Of a DNA stretch of 32,000 bases, positions 23,202 to 32,000 are shown in pieces (the first letter of the stretch is position 1; each line of letters begins with the position of its first letter). A model generated the notes under the pieces. The model had not been told where the DNA came from and made no database searches. It was given only the letters and a program-made list of their open reading frames with translations. The DNA is from Edaphobacter aggregans. GTDB lineage: Bacteria > Acidobacteriota > Terriglobia > Terriglobales > Acidobacteriaceae. The stretch covers positions 3,720,001-3,752,000 of the forward strand of contig NZ_RSDW01000001.1 in NCBI RefSeq assembly GCF_003945235.1, written 5' to 3'. The position numbers and the translations under genes are program-made.

Positions 23202-24773
23202 TCAACCCTGGACCCAGGTTCCATCGATCAGGCGCCAGGTCGCGGGATTTTCGATTTTATCTTTGAGCACGTTGGGCAGGCGGCTCTGGCGGACGTTGTC
23301 ATAGCACTGCAGTGCTGCAAATCGCGTCAGCGAGGTGGGAATACCGACCGCGGTAAAGCCCGGGTGCGAGGTGGAGGGATAGGGGCCTCCATGGTTCATT
23401 GCCGGGCTTACTGCAACGCCGGTTGGCATCTTGTCGTTCAGCAGTCTGCCTACGTGCTGGCGGAGTGCTGGCGCGAGTTGATCGTAGACTACGTCGTCTG
23501 TTCCGGAGTTGGACGAGTAAATGCTTCCCGTTAGATTGCCTTCGAGCGACTGGATGACTTCAAGCAACTGAGCAGGATCGGTCGCAGTTACAGCCAGCGT
23601 GGCGTTGCCGAATACCTCGCGCTGGAGGGCCTTGTTGGAGGAGAGGAAGTGTTGTGCTGTAGTGCGCAGGAGGGTGTTGGCGTAGCGGTAGCCGGGGCCG
23701 TCGGCGATGTCTCCTCCTGTGACGAGCTGAGCGCCTGCATCGCGCAATGCTGTAACTCCTTGTGACAGGTGTTCGCGGCCACCGGATGAGAGCAGCGGCT
23801 GCGAGGGGCGATCTTTGAAGATCGTCGCGACCTTTTGCAGAAGAGTCTCCGTCGCATCGCTTTGAGGCAGAAGAATGAGATTGGGGCTGGTGCAGAACTG
23901 GCCCGATCCAGCGAGGCAACTATCTGCTAGCTCTTGCGCCAGCTGATCGCCACGTTCTGCGAGTGCGCCGGGTAAGAAAATGACCGGGTTGATGCTGGAC
24001 ATCTCCAGGTAAACGGGTGTGCCTGCTGACTCGGCCGCTTCTTTCAGGCGAAGACCTACGGGCCGGCTTCCGGTGAAGGCGATGGCGCCTACCCGCGGAT
24101 CGCTCATTAAACGCAGGCCATCTTCGTTGCTGAGTTGATAGATCATCTGGACTGTTGCCATGGGGAGGCCCGCTGTTGCGAGAGCTTTCAGGGCTTCCTC
24201 TGCCAAAAGACGCGTGGTGTTGGGATGGAGAGGGTGGGCTTTGGCGATGACAGGATTGCCGACCGCGATGGCTGCAGCAAAATCGCCGCCGCTGACGCCG
24301 TTAAAGGCGAACGGGAAGTTGTTCGGGCCGAGAACGACAACCGGGCCTATGGGTGCGAAACAAGAACGAATGTTCAGCTTGAGATCGAGAGCCGCGTGCT
24401 TCCAGGATTCTTCTCGTGCTGCTGCTGCGGCTTGCCTCAGTTGGTTTACTGTCCGAGGTAGTTCCACATCCTTGAGTCTTGGGCTGATGGGAAGGGCTGT
24501 CTCTTCGTGAGCGGCTTCTATGAGTTGTGCCGCAGAAGACTCAATGTTGTTGGCATAGGCTTCCAGAAAGGCAGCGATGCGTTCAGGTTCAATCTTGCGC
24601 AGGTCCTGCGCGGCATGGGACGCGGCTGCGAGCGCGTCGTCACAATCTTTCCAATTGCTTATGGGGAAGGGTGTCGGGAGCTGTTGTCTTGTTGCGGGAT
24701 TCTCGGCTTGAAACGTACTGTCGGAGTTTGCTTTGCGCCAGTCTCCTGCGATCAATACCTTTGCTACATCCAT
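23202..24773 (-). CDS. NAD(P)+ aldehyde dehydrogenase of the alpha-ketoglutarate-semialdehyde (2,5-dioxovalerate) dehydrogenase type
   Basis: 523 aa. ALDH motifs are FTGS, LEMSSINP (general-base Glu) and GQFCTSPN (catalytic Cys). The length and the GQFCT.P motif match the KGSADH subgroup as I recall it. Confidence 0.75.
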   Translation of the reverse strand: MDVAKVLIAGDWRKANSDSTFQAENPATRQQLPTPFPISNWKDCDDALAAASHAAQDLRKIEPERIAAFLEAYANNIESSAAQLIEAAHEETALPISPRLKDVELPRTVNQLRQAAAAAREESWKHAALDLKLNIRSCFAPIGPVVVLGPNNFPFAFNGVSGGDFAAAIAVGNPVIAKAHPLHPNTTRLLAEEALKALATAGLPMATVQMIYQLSNEDGLRLMSDPRVGAIAFTGSRPVGLRLKEAAESAGTPVYLEMSSINPVIFLPGALAERGDQLAQELADSCLAGSGQFCTSPNLILLPQSDATETLLQKVATIFKDRPSQPLLSSGGREHLSQGVTALRDAGAQLVTGGDIADGPGYRYANTLLRTTAQHFLSSNKALQREVFGNATLAVTATDPAQLLEVIQSLEGNLTGSIYSSNSGTDDVVYDQLAPALRQHVGRLLNDKMPTGVAVSPAMNHGGPYPSTSHPGFTAVGIPTSLTRFAALQCYDNVRQSRLPNVLKDKIENPATWRLIDGTWVQG

Positions 24774-24905
24774 TGCGTTATTCCCCTTCAGTGCTCTCTG
24801 ACTCTACGCCCGCTTCCTTAACTCTATAGCCAAGCGGACAGTTCTTAGAGCAAGGAAGAAGATTTGATGCGATTCAGAGTCGCACCCCGAAAACGTTGTT
24901 ATCCA

Positions 24906-27900
24906 TCACGGCTTTTGCGGAGTGGTGGGACAGATGTCATCGCCGATGGTGGACTTGGCAAATGGCGCCATGATGGTGGCGACGGATTGAAGCTGGCCGT
25001 TTTTCATGACGCACTGGACACGGGCGGTGTCGTTGATGTTTTTGAGGGGGTTGCCGGAGACGATGATGAGGTCGGCGAGGTGACCGGGCTCGATGGTGCC
25101 GAGATCTTTTGTGAGACCGTAGGCTTTTGCAGGAAGGATGGTCGCGGTCTCAAGGGCTTGCCACGGGGCCCGGCCATATTTGACCTGGGCGCGTAGGTTC
25201 AGGTGCAGCGAGGTGCTTGGTAGGTCGAGAGGGGAGTCGGTGCCGGCGAGGATAAGACCGTTGGCGTTGAGGACCTTCGTGATGGTGGCTTCTTCGTCTT
25301 TGAGGTGTTGGTAGGCAGACGCCTGATCTGTTGTCTGGGCGGTGTGGAGGGACAGCTTGAGGCGTGCGTTCTCCCACGGCGGCGAGACGGACTGGCGGGG
25401 ATCGGTGGCCATCGACGGGTCTTCACCGTATTGGGCTTGTGCGAAGGTGGTCGAAATCGTCCACATGCCGGATTCGGGGAGCAGCGTTGTGACGTCGGAG
25501 TAGCTCTTGCCGGTGAGAGAGCGGGAGTAAGCCCAACCTGTGCGTGCGGTAGCGGAGAGGTGCGACATACCGTCTTCGCCGAGAGCGACGGCGGGTAAGA
25601 GATAGTGTGAGGCGGTCTCGACGCCCATCTGGCTGTGAGCGAATTGGATGCCCTGCTCGGCCCAGGCGTAGGGCAGCCGGACGTAGAGTTTGACGAAGTC
25701 GAAGTCCAGGGCCTTGAGGCGGTCGAACTCGCGATGGAGCTGGGCCTCGGAGGTAGTGGGGATCATCATCGGGTAGTAGACGCGCTCCCCGTCGACGGCT
25801 TCGGCTGTAGTGAAGAGACGTGGACCGATGGCTGCTCCTGAGGTGTAGGCCTCACGGTGCTGGAGGGCGCGATAGGCGTTGTCAGCGATGCCGCGCAGTT
25901 CGGTGACGCCGTAGATGAGCCAGAGACGGCCCATGCGGTCGCCGTAGTAGATGGAGTTGTCGGAGTCGGGGTGGGCGTGGTTCTCGAAGAGGCCGGGCAT
26001 GACGGTGGAGTCGGCGGCTTCGATGGTGCGAGTTACGCCTGCGGGGGGAGTAGAGCTGTGCGGCGTGACGCTGGTGATGCGATTGTCCGTGACAAGGATG
26101 TCCACGTCGGTTTGTTCGTCGGGGCCGGAGCCCTTCCAGAAGCGGGTGGCATGGATGAGGAGCTTTTGTTGGGGCTTGGCCGGAGTAAAGGTCAGGGTGA
26201 GGGGGACGGGTGTGACGGCTCCGGTGGCACGATTGATGAGCTTGAGCTCGCCGTTGTTGAGATAAAGGAGTTTGGAGGAGTCGCCAGACCATGTGGGCGC
26301 GTCGGTTGTCTCATCATTGAGCTTGACGGCTGTGCCGGAGGGATGACCAGCGGCATCGACGGGCATGGTGTAGAGGAGATCGTCCATGACGAAGGCCATC
26401 TCTTTTCCGTTGGGGGAGTAAATGGGGCCATCTTCGGTGCGGGTGGTGATGGATTCGAAGGGAGCGGGAGCGAAGAACTCAGTTTTGCCGGTGGCGAGAT
26501 CTACGGTGAGGATAGAACTGGTGCCTTCGCGGAAACGCTTGGTGTAGGGCTTGATCGTGGCAATGGCGACTGTCTTTCCGTTGGCTGAGAAGGCGGGGCG
26601 GCCGGGGAAGAAGGTCAGTGGTGCGAGGGGCCTGGTGGCTCCGGTGGTTACGTCAACGAGGAGTGTGGCTCCGGTCTGGTCCTGAAAGGCGATGAGTTTG
26701 CCGTCGGGCGACCAGGCGGGCATGATCTGGGCGGTCTTGCTGGGGGAGACCTGCTTGTCAGCGGAAGTGTCAGGGGCGGAGGTGTCGTGGAGGTAGATGT
26801 TCTCGATGCCGTCGCGGTCGGAGACATAGGCGAGGGTCTTGCCGTCGGGCGACCAAGCCGGACCTTGCTTGTAGAAGGTGTCGTGAGTGAGTGCGACAGG
26901 CGCGCTGCCGATGGTCATGAGGTAGAGCTGGTTCAGGGCCACGAAGGCGATCTGCTTGCCGTCTGGCGAGAGCGCGGGCGCGTAGATGCCTTTCACTTGG
27001 TGCGCGGTGGTTGCGTCGAAGTCGTAGGCCTTATGCGGGTACTGAGGGCGGATGGATTTGATGGTGGCCGTGAAGGGGATGGGCGTCTCGGGCTTGTCGG
27101 AAAGGCTGGTGCGTAAGATGTGGCCGTCGGCGGTGTAGAGGAGCTCTGTGCCCGAGAGCCAGACCGCTGGGAAGGGGAATGTGTCTTCGGCCTTGCCGGT
27201 GTAGGTGGTCGCGCCAGTGATGTTGAGCTCGGCGGTGTTCATGAACATGCCGACGCCGTGGAACTGAACATAGGCAAGGGATTTTCCGTCGGGTGAGAAG
27301 CTGGGGGCTTCGACGCGACCTGCGGGGATGCTGGTGACGGCAGTGGTTTGTTTGCCGGTGGCGAGCGTGATAGCTTCAATGGTCTTGCCTTGGATTCCTG
27401 TGCCGCTAACGAAGGCGATCTGCGAGCCGTCGGGCGACCAGGCCGGTCCGAACTCGTCGGCTTCACTGCTGGTGAGCTGCTTGAGTGCGCCTGTGGCGAT
27501 GTCGACGGTCCAGATGTCGTAGCTGCCCTTGAATGCGCGGTCAGATGCGAAGGCGATCTGTTTGCCATCGGGCGAGATGCGGGGTTCGCGGTCGTCGCCG
27601 TGGCCGGTCGTGATTTGCTTGAGGCCAGAGCCGTCGGGATGCATGGTCCAGATGTGGAAGGTGCCCCCGGAGTACGACTGGAAGGCGACGAGGTCACCTT
27701 TGGAAGACCAATCAGGGTGAGAGGCTTCCTGCTCTGGAGTCGTGAGCTGCTTTGCGGAACCGCCGGTGATGGGCATCGAGAAGAGGAGGCCTTGCAGGTC
27801 CGCGATGATGATTTTGTGATCTGGGGAGACGGTGATCTGCGTGTCGGTGCCTTCGGAGATGGTGATGAGCTTTGGCTTTGCGGGGGGTGCTGCGTGGCCG

Positions 27901-27977
27901 GCTGCAGCGAAGACGGTAAGGAGGAAGGCCGAGACGAAGGCGTGGGCAGTCAGCGTGCGGCGTGATGCAAGGTGCAT
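24906..27977 (-). CDS. Periplasmic fusion protein: about ten PD40/TolB-like propeller blades followed by a COG1228-type metal-dependent amidohydrolase
   Basis: Signal peptide from the ATG at 27977 (MHLASRRTL...AAAGHAAPP). Repeated xSPDGKxIAF motifs occur (ISPDGKQIAFASDR, WSPDGSQIAFVS, FSPDGKSLAYV, LSPDGKQIAFVA, WSPDGKTLAYVSDRDG, WSPDGKLIAFQD, YSPNGKEMAFV, and others). The C-terminal TIM-barrel amidohydrolase carries FENHAHP (HxH), GTDSP and HLADLIIVSGNPL. Confidence 0.8.
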   Translation of the reverse strand: MHLASRRTLTAHAFVSAFLLTVFAAAGHAAPPAKPKLITISEGTDTQITVSPDHKIIIADLQGLLFSMPITGGSAKQLTTPEQEASHPDWSSKGDLVAFQSYSGGTFHIWTMHPDGSGLKQITTGHGDDREPRISPDGKQIAFASDRAFKGSYDIWTVDIATGALKQLTSSEADEFGPAWSPDGSQIAFVSGTGIQGKTIEAITLATGKQTTAVTSIPAGRVEAPSFSPDGKSLAYVQFHGVGMFMNTAELNITGATTYTGKAEDTFPFPAVWLSGTELLYTADGHILRTSLSDKPETPIPFTATIKSIRPQYPHKAYDFDATTAHQVKGIYAPALSPDGKQIAFVALNQLYLMTIGSAPVALTHDTFYKQGPAWSPDGKTLAYVSDRDGIENIYLHDTSAPDTSADKQVSPSKTAQIMPAWSPDGKLIAFQDQTGATLLVDVTTGATRPLAPLTFFPGRPAFSANGKTVAIATIKPYTKRFREGTSSILTVDLATGKTEFFAPAPFESITTRTEDGPIYSPNGKEMAFVMDDLLYTMPVDAAGHPSGTAVKLNDETTDAPTWSGDSSKLLYLNNGELKLINRATGAVTPVPLTLTFTPAKPQQKLLIHATRFWKGSGPDEQTDVDILVTDNRITSVTPHSSTPPAGVTRTIEAADSTVMPGLFENHAHPDSDNSIYYGDRMGRLWLIYGVTELRGIADNAYRALQHREAYTSGAAIGPRLFTTAEAVDGERVYYPMMIPTTSEAQLHREFDRLKALDFDFVKLYVRLPYAWAEQGIQFAHSQMGVETASHYLLPAVALGEDGMSHLSATARTGWAYSRSLTGKSYSDVTTLLPESGMWTISTTFAQAQYGEDPSMATDPRQSVSPPWENARLKLSLHTAQTTDQASAYQHLKDEEATITKVLNANGLILAGTDSPLDLPSTSLHLNLRAQVKYGRAPWQALETATILPAKAYGLTKDLGTIEPGHLADLIIVSGNPLKNINDTARVQCVMKNGQLQSVATIMAPFAKSTIGDDICPTTPQKP

Positions 27978-28056
27978 TCTGTGATCCCTCAGGCAGAGGC
28001 ACAGTGCTGTGACGCACCGCACCTCCTCGTGGATTGAGTATTCAGCTTACGACGGA

Positions 28057-31000
28057 TTAGAACTCGAAACGGGCCAAAAATTGCAATGAGCGCGGACGCC
28101 ATTCGACAGGAATGCCGGTGGCGGCGGAGGTGGTGGCGGCGGGTGTGCCGTATGTAGGTAGCGTTACGATGCCGTTGTAGTTGCCGTAATTCGAATGGTT
28201 GAAGAGGTTGAAGGCTTCGACGGCGACAATTGCACGAAAGCGGTCGTTGATTTGGTGCGATTCCTGTAGCCGAGTGTCCATACGGTAGATGTTGCGTCCG
28301 TAGAGGGCGTCGCGCTTGGTGAGGTAGTAGCCGGTTGCGGTGTCGAGATAGTTGTTGGCTGGATTGTTGTAGACAGTAACGCAAGGGGCTGCAGGGCAGG
28401 TCGCGCCGGGAGCGATTGGGGTTGTGTTGAGAGCGAAGGTGCGGTTATAGCTGGGTGCGTAGCCGGTCGGCTGAGTGGTGTTGACGGTTGTCGGGAAGGC
28501 ATTGCCGGAGCCGTAATGGAAGAGGCCAGAAAGGGAAAGGCCAAACCTCCAGGCGAAGTCGCCCGTGGCGGTGAGGGTGTGTCGCTGGTCGTCCTGGCCG
28601 TTCGCCCACTCGTCATGGATGCCGTTCACGAAGGGTTTGTTGGGGTAGTAGAAGGGCGACTCGCTGGAGTCTTTGAGGCGGGAATAGGTGTACGCGAGGC
28701 CGCTGGTGAAGCCATGTTGCAGTGAGTGGCGAAGACCCATCTGCAGGGCGTCATAGATGGCTCCAGACTCGTTGGGAGTGAAGAACTGGTTGACGTTGGT
28801 GAAGGCCTGAGCGCAGACGTTGAAGGCTCCCGGCGTTGTGTCGGGCATGACTCCGCCTGTTGGGCAGGAGACCGTTGTTCCGGCAACGTACTTGCCGCTG
28901 GGGTTGAGGTTGAACTGAGGATTGGCAGGATTTTGCAGGAGGTTGGAGTTGAGGCGGATCCAGTCGTGATAGACGCGGGTGTGAACGTAGTCTGCGGTAA
29001 TGATGGTGCGGAAGGGAAGTTCGCGCTGGACGCCTGCAGAGACCTGTAGGGCGTAAGGCGTCGACACATATGGGCCGAGCGGCTGGACGGCTTGACGCGG
29101 TGTGGCCGTTGGATTGGCGAAGGGGGATTGCAGGTTCAGCGGATTCGCCGTACTACCAGTGATGGACTGCTGGAGCGACGTGACGCCGTTGAAGATCTGG
29201 CTGTCGATGGTCTGGTTGGCAGCGACATCAGCGAAGAACATGCCAGCGCCACCGCGAACGACCGTCTTACCGCTGCCGGCCACATCGTAGACGAAGCCGA
29301 CGCGTGGAGCGAACTGGTGGTTGTCATTGTTCTGTGGCGTCAGCAGCCCGTTGTTGAGCTTCATACCGGTGTCGAAGATGCCGAGATCGTTGTCGTATCG
29401 GATACCCAGGTTGAGAGTGAGGCGTGACAGGACCCTGTAGTCATCCTGAGCCCAGAAGCCGATCTGGCTGCGAGGGAGAGAGATGTTGAAGTTGCCGGAG
29501 CCTTGAGTGAAGGTGCCCAAAGCGCAGAGGGAGTTGATGCTGGTGTGGGTTGGGTTGGTCGTTGAGTTGGTGTAGTTCCAACTGCTGACATCGGTGGTGC
29601 CATTGGGGAAGAGGTCGGCAGCGACCTGGGCCGCAGTGTAAGAGACGCCGTTGACTGTCTTGGCGGCGATAGCGGCGCAACCGCTTGCTGTGCCGTTGAG
29701 ATTTTGCTGGAAGAGGCCTGTGTTCGAGCTATGGATGAACTCGGCGCCGAACTTGAGGCTGTGTTTGCCAATCAGGTAGTAAACATCGTCGCGGTAGTGC
29801 TGAACGTTCTGGTTGAAGATCTGAGGATAGTTGTAGGGTGCTCCGACAGTGACTGCGCCGAACGTGATGGCCTGCGAGGTGTAGAGAGGAAGATTTTCCC
29901 ACTGGAAGTGACTGTAGCCGCCGTGCACCTCATTGATGAGATTGGTGTGGATGACGCGATTCCAGTCGCCGAGGATGGTGTAGTTGCCGCGGGTGGCGTA
30001 GTAGGCCGAACTTGGATCGGCAGTGCCAGAGGAGAAGGTCTTGTCATTCTTGAAGTTAAAGCCGTTGACGCGTCCGTAGATACGATCCTTGCCACTGGCT
30101 TGATAGTCGACGCGGCCAAGATACTCATTGACCGTGAGGATTTGAGGGAAGACGAGGTTGCCGGCGCTGCCGGGCAGTAGAGGAGAACTGGTGATGCCGC
30201 TGGACTGGTGCTCGCCTTCGTAGGAGCCGAAGTACCAGAGCTTTTCCCTTCGGATTGGACCGCCGAAGGTGCCGCCGTACTGCTGGTCGGAGAGCGGGGT
30301 GACGACGTGGACGACTGGGTCGGCGGCGTTGAAGGCGTCATTGCGGAAGTAGCCGAAGCCTGAGCCGTGGATGTCGTTGCTGCCGGTCTTGGACTGGACG
30401 TTGACGGCGACACCGGCGGAGCGGCCAACGGTTGCGTCGAAGCGGTTGGTGATGATCTGGAACTGGCTGATTGCGTCGGGCGAGAAGCGTGGCTGGCCGA
30501 AGCTGGCGTCGGCGGTGTTCTGTGTGACCTGGAGGCCATCGAGATTGATCTGGAACTTACCGGAGTTGGCGCCGCCGAGTGGCGTGTCGTTGACGATGGC
30601 GTTGACGCGTACGCCGGGAACGAGAGTGGCGAGTTGCATGTAGTTGCGTCCGTTGATAGGCAGGTTCCTGACGTCGTCGGGGGTGATGTTGCCGGCGACG
30701 GTAGAGGATGTTGTGTCGACTGCCATGTCCTCAGCGCGGACGATGACGGATTCGGTGGTGCTTCCGATGGGCAGCACGACGTCGACTGTGGGCGTCTGGC
30801 CGATGAGCATGGAGGTCTTTACTTGCACCGTCGTGAAGTTGGGTGCTCTGACGGTGACGACGTAATCGCCTGCGGTAAGAGAGGGAACCTGATAGATTCC
30901 GTCGGCGTTGGTCTTGGTGTTGATGATGGTTCCGCCGACCTGGCGGACTTCGACGGTGGCGTCGGCGATGACGGCTCCCTGAGCGTCGGTGACGTGTCCG

Positions 31001-31077
31001 ATGATTCCGGTCTGCTGAGCATGAAGCGCGGAGACTGAGAGAAGGAGGGCGAGGAAAACGCGATAGATCGGCTTCAT
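28057..31077 (-). CDS. TonB-dependent outer-membrane receptor with CarboxypepD_reg-like domain (paralogue of 11274-14768)
   Basis: Signal peptide MKPIYRVFLALLLSVSALHAQ, then GHVTDAQGAVIADATVEVRQ...DGIYQVPSLTAGDYVV. The plug carries NLPINGRNYMQLATLVPGV. The long barrel ends ...LQFLARFEF. Confidence 0.85.
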   Translation of the reverse strand: MKPIYRVFLALLLSVSALHAQQTGIIGHVTDAQGAVIADATVEVRQVGGTIINTKTNADGIYQVPSLTAGDYVVTVRAPNFTTVQVKTSMLIGQTPTVDVVLPIGSTTESVIVRAEDMAVDTTSSTVAGNITPDDVRNLPINGRNYMQLATLVPGVRVNAIVNDTPLGGANSGKFQINLDGLQVTQNTADASFGQPRFSPDAISQFQIITNRFDATVGRSAGVAVNVQSKTGSNDIHGSGFGYFRNDAFNAADPVVHVVTPLSDQQYGGTFGGPIRREKLWYFGSYEGEHQSSGITSSPLLPGSAGNLVFPQILTVNEYLGRVDYQASGKDRIYGRVNGFNFKNDKTFSSGTADPSSAYYATRGNYTILGDWNRVIHTNLINEVHGGYSHFQWENLPLYTSQAITFGAVTVGAPYNYPQIFNQNVQHYRDDVYYLIGKHSLKFGAEFIHSSNTGLFQQNLNGTASGCAAIAAKTVNGVSYTAAQVAADLFPNGTTDVSSWNYTNSTTNPTHTSINSLCALGTFTQGSGNFNISLPRSQIGFWAQDDYRVLSRLTLNLGIRYDNDLGIFDTGMKLNNGLLTPQNNDNHQFAPRVGFVYDVAGSGKTVVRGGAGMFFADVAANQTIDSQIFNGVTSLQQSITGSTANPLNLQSPFANPTATPRQAVQPLGPYVSTPYALQVSAGVQRELPFRTIITADYVHTRVYHDWIRLNSNLLQNPANPQFNLNPSGKYVAGTTVSCPTGGVMPDTTPGAFNVCAQAFTNVNQFFTPNESGAIYDALQMGLRHSLQHGFTSGLAYTYSRLKDSSESPFYYPNKPFVNGIHDEWANGQDDQRHTLTATGDFAWRFGLSLSGLFHYGSGNAFPTTVNTTQPTGYAPSYNRTFALNTTPIAPGATCPAAPCVTVYNNPANNYLDTATGYYLTKRDALYGRNIYRMDTRLQESHQINDRFRAIVAVEAFNLFNHSNYGNYNGIVTLPTYGTPAATTSAATGIPVEWRPRSLQFLARFEF

Positions 31078-31421
31078 TTTGGAGGAACCTCGAGGAACAG
31101 AGTCAGGTGCTTGTTCTACGTCAGCCCGTTCAAGTGGCTCAGAGGAGATGAGCGGGGCGAGAAGTTGAGGATCAGCAAAGGGGCGCTATCTTGAACTGCT
31201 TTGTCAGATTCGATCCCGAGTAAGAGGGAGATCGTGCTGAACGGGAACAAGTTATATCCCGAAGGTAGGGTGCAATTGCGCCTGCGTCGTTGGGTTGCGG
31301 GACAGGAAGCTTTTGGGTTGAATGATTGGAGCGTAGAGGCTTTCCGGCGCCGTGTCTAATCGAAAGATTTTCGCGCGTGATAGAAAACTGCGAGGAAATG
31401 TAGGTCTGTCGCGGGTTTTCG

Positions 31422-31450
31422 TTGACAAAATGCGGAACTGCCGTGAATAT
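31422..31450 (+). promoter_or_regulatory. Weak sigma70-like promoter candidate for the LysR gene
   Basis: TTGACA (31422-31427), a 17-nt spacer, then GAATAT (31445-31450). The -10 box is poor (3/6) and the implied leader is long (about 140 nt). Confidence 0.25.
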
Positions 31451-31593
31451 GTGATTAAGCCGCGATGAACTTTTGGCTGTGATTCAGCAAAAATAAATCG
31501 GTCTTACCCACCACAACTTCATACGCATCTCTAACTTGCTTGGAACAGCCCGTAGCAGTGCACAGGTTTTTTTATTTGACCGCGAGGCCTACT

Positions 31594-32000
31594 TTGGACT
31601 TCAGAATCAGGCAGCTGAAGTGTTTTCTCACACTCTCTGACCTTCTCAACTATGGGAAGACGGCGCGCGCTTTGTATATGAGCCAGCCGACGATCACGTT
31701 CCAGATCAAGTCGTTGGAGGAGTCGTTCGGCGTTAAGTTGTTTGAGCGCGATCGGCAACAGGTGCGGTTGACCGATGCCGGATTTGCGTTTCGTGAGTAT
31801 GCGCAGAGCATCATGGATTCGGTTGACGCTGCTCAGGAGTGCCTGAGCGGACTGCATGCACGACTGCGGCTGCGCGTCAGTTGCGGGCCGGTGGGACAGT
31901 TCGTGTTGCTGCCAGCGGTGATTCGAGCATTGGCAGAGCAGTATCCGAAGTTCGAGCTCGAGGTGAGCGAGCTGACGACCGAGCAGATGATGTCGAGGCT
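31594..32000 (+). CDS. LysR-family transcriptional regulator, N-terminal part (runs off the window); absent from the supplied ORF track
   Basis: My own translation from TTG 31594 is MDFRIRQLKCFLTLSDLLNYGKTARALYMSQPTITFQIKSLEESFGVKLFERDRQQVRLTDAGFAF..., a classic LysR wHTH. The frame is open to nt 32000. The SD GAGG lies 6 nt upstream. The gene is divergent from the receptor/amidohydrolase genes. Confidence 0.8.
   Translation, partial: MDFRIRQLKCFLTLSDLLNYGKTARALYMSQPTITFQIKSLEESFGVKLFERDRQQVRLTDAGFAFREYAQSIMDSVDAAQECLSGLHARLRLRVSCGPVGQFVLLPAVIRALAEQYPKFELEVSELTTEQMMSR

Noticed and set aside
24813-24858. Extended imperfect hairpin CTTCCTTAACTCTA...TAGAGCAAGGAAG between the amidohydrolase and ALDH genes
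   Set aside because: It has no U-tract on the transcribed (minus) strand and the stem has a bulge. I could not decide between a terminator, a stabiliser or chance, so it is not reported as a feature.
25857-31038. Multiple alternate-frame or antisense ORFs (for example 25857-26588 +, 27348-27965 +, 29772-30539 -, 30367-31038 +, 28164-28616 -)
   Set aside because: All lie within the amidohydrolase fusion or the second TonB-receptor gene. Their G/D/V/A-rich or S/T/P/A-rich compositions are frame artefacts of GC-rich coding DNA.
31361-31373. Dyad CGAAA-GAT-TTTCG in the LysR/receptor intergenic region as a LysR box
   Set aside because: It is only 5-bp arms, does not fit the T-N11-A LysR consensus, and is short enough to occur by chance.
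31531-31857. 108-aa minus-strand ORF from the track
   Set aside because: It is antisense to a clear LysR wHTH reading frame on the + strand (31594 onward). That frame is missing from the track, probably because it has no stop codon within the window.

Overview
This is a GC-rich 32-kb chromosomal window. Its gene content looks typical of soil Acidobacteriota (Terriglobia-like): an ADOP orphan permease behind a PadR regulator, two CarboxypepD_reg-type TonB-dependent receptors, a PD40-propeller/amidohydrolase fusion, a His_kinase/LytTR pair and secreted glycoside hydrolases. The taxon is an inference; no search was run. I support 22 protein-coding genes, two of them cut by the window edges. I also report several promoter, operator and terminator candidates and one repeat-filled convergent intergenic region. 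I saw no rRNA, tRNA, CRISPR array, transposase, integrase or phage genes. Main leads: (1) A same-strand block at 9.1-17.0 kb joins a eukaryote-type myo-inositol oxygenase and an IolB-like cupin to a TonB-dependent receptor, a Tat-signal metallophosphoesterase and a secreted PI-PLC-like phosphodiesterase. One palindromic operator motif (core AGCGGTA) precedes both the oxygenase and the receptor. This is a candidate system for scavenging inositol phosphodiesters or inositol and catabolising it oxidatively. (2) A TonB receptor plus multi-PD40 propeller-amidohydrolase module lies divergent from a LysR gene. (3) A secreted Sel1-repeat protein sits directly upstream of a LytS-like kinase/LytTR regulator pair, which resembles ExoR logic. 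(4) Two nearly T-free (A-R-N)n tracts, 566-640 and 671-716, lie between convergent genes. (5) The PadR promoter has a perfect 20-bp palindrome in its spacer and predicts a near-leaderless transcript. All functional calls come from motif recognition by eye and none was verified by a database search.
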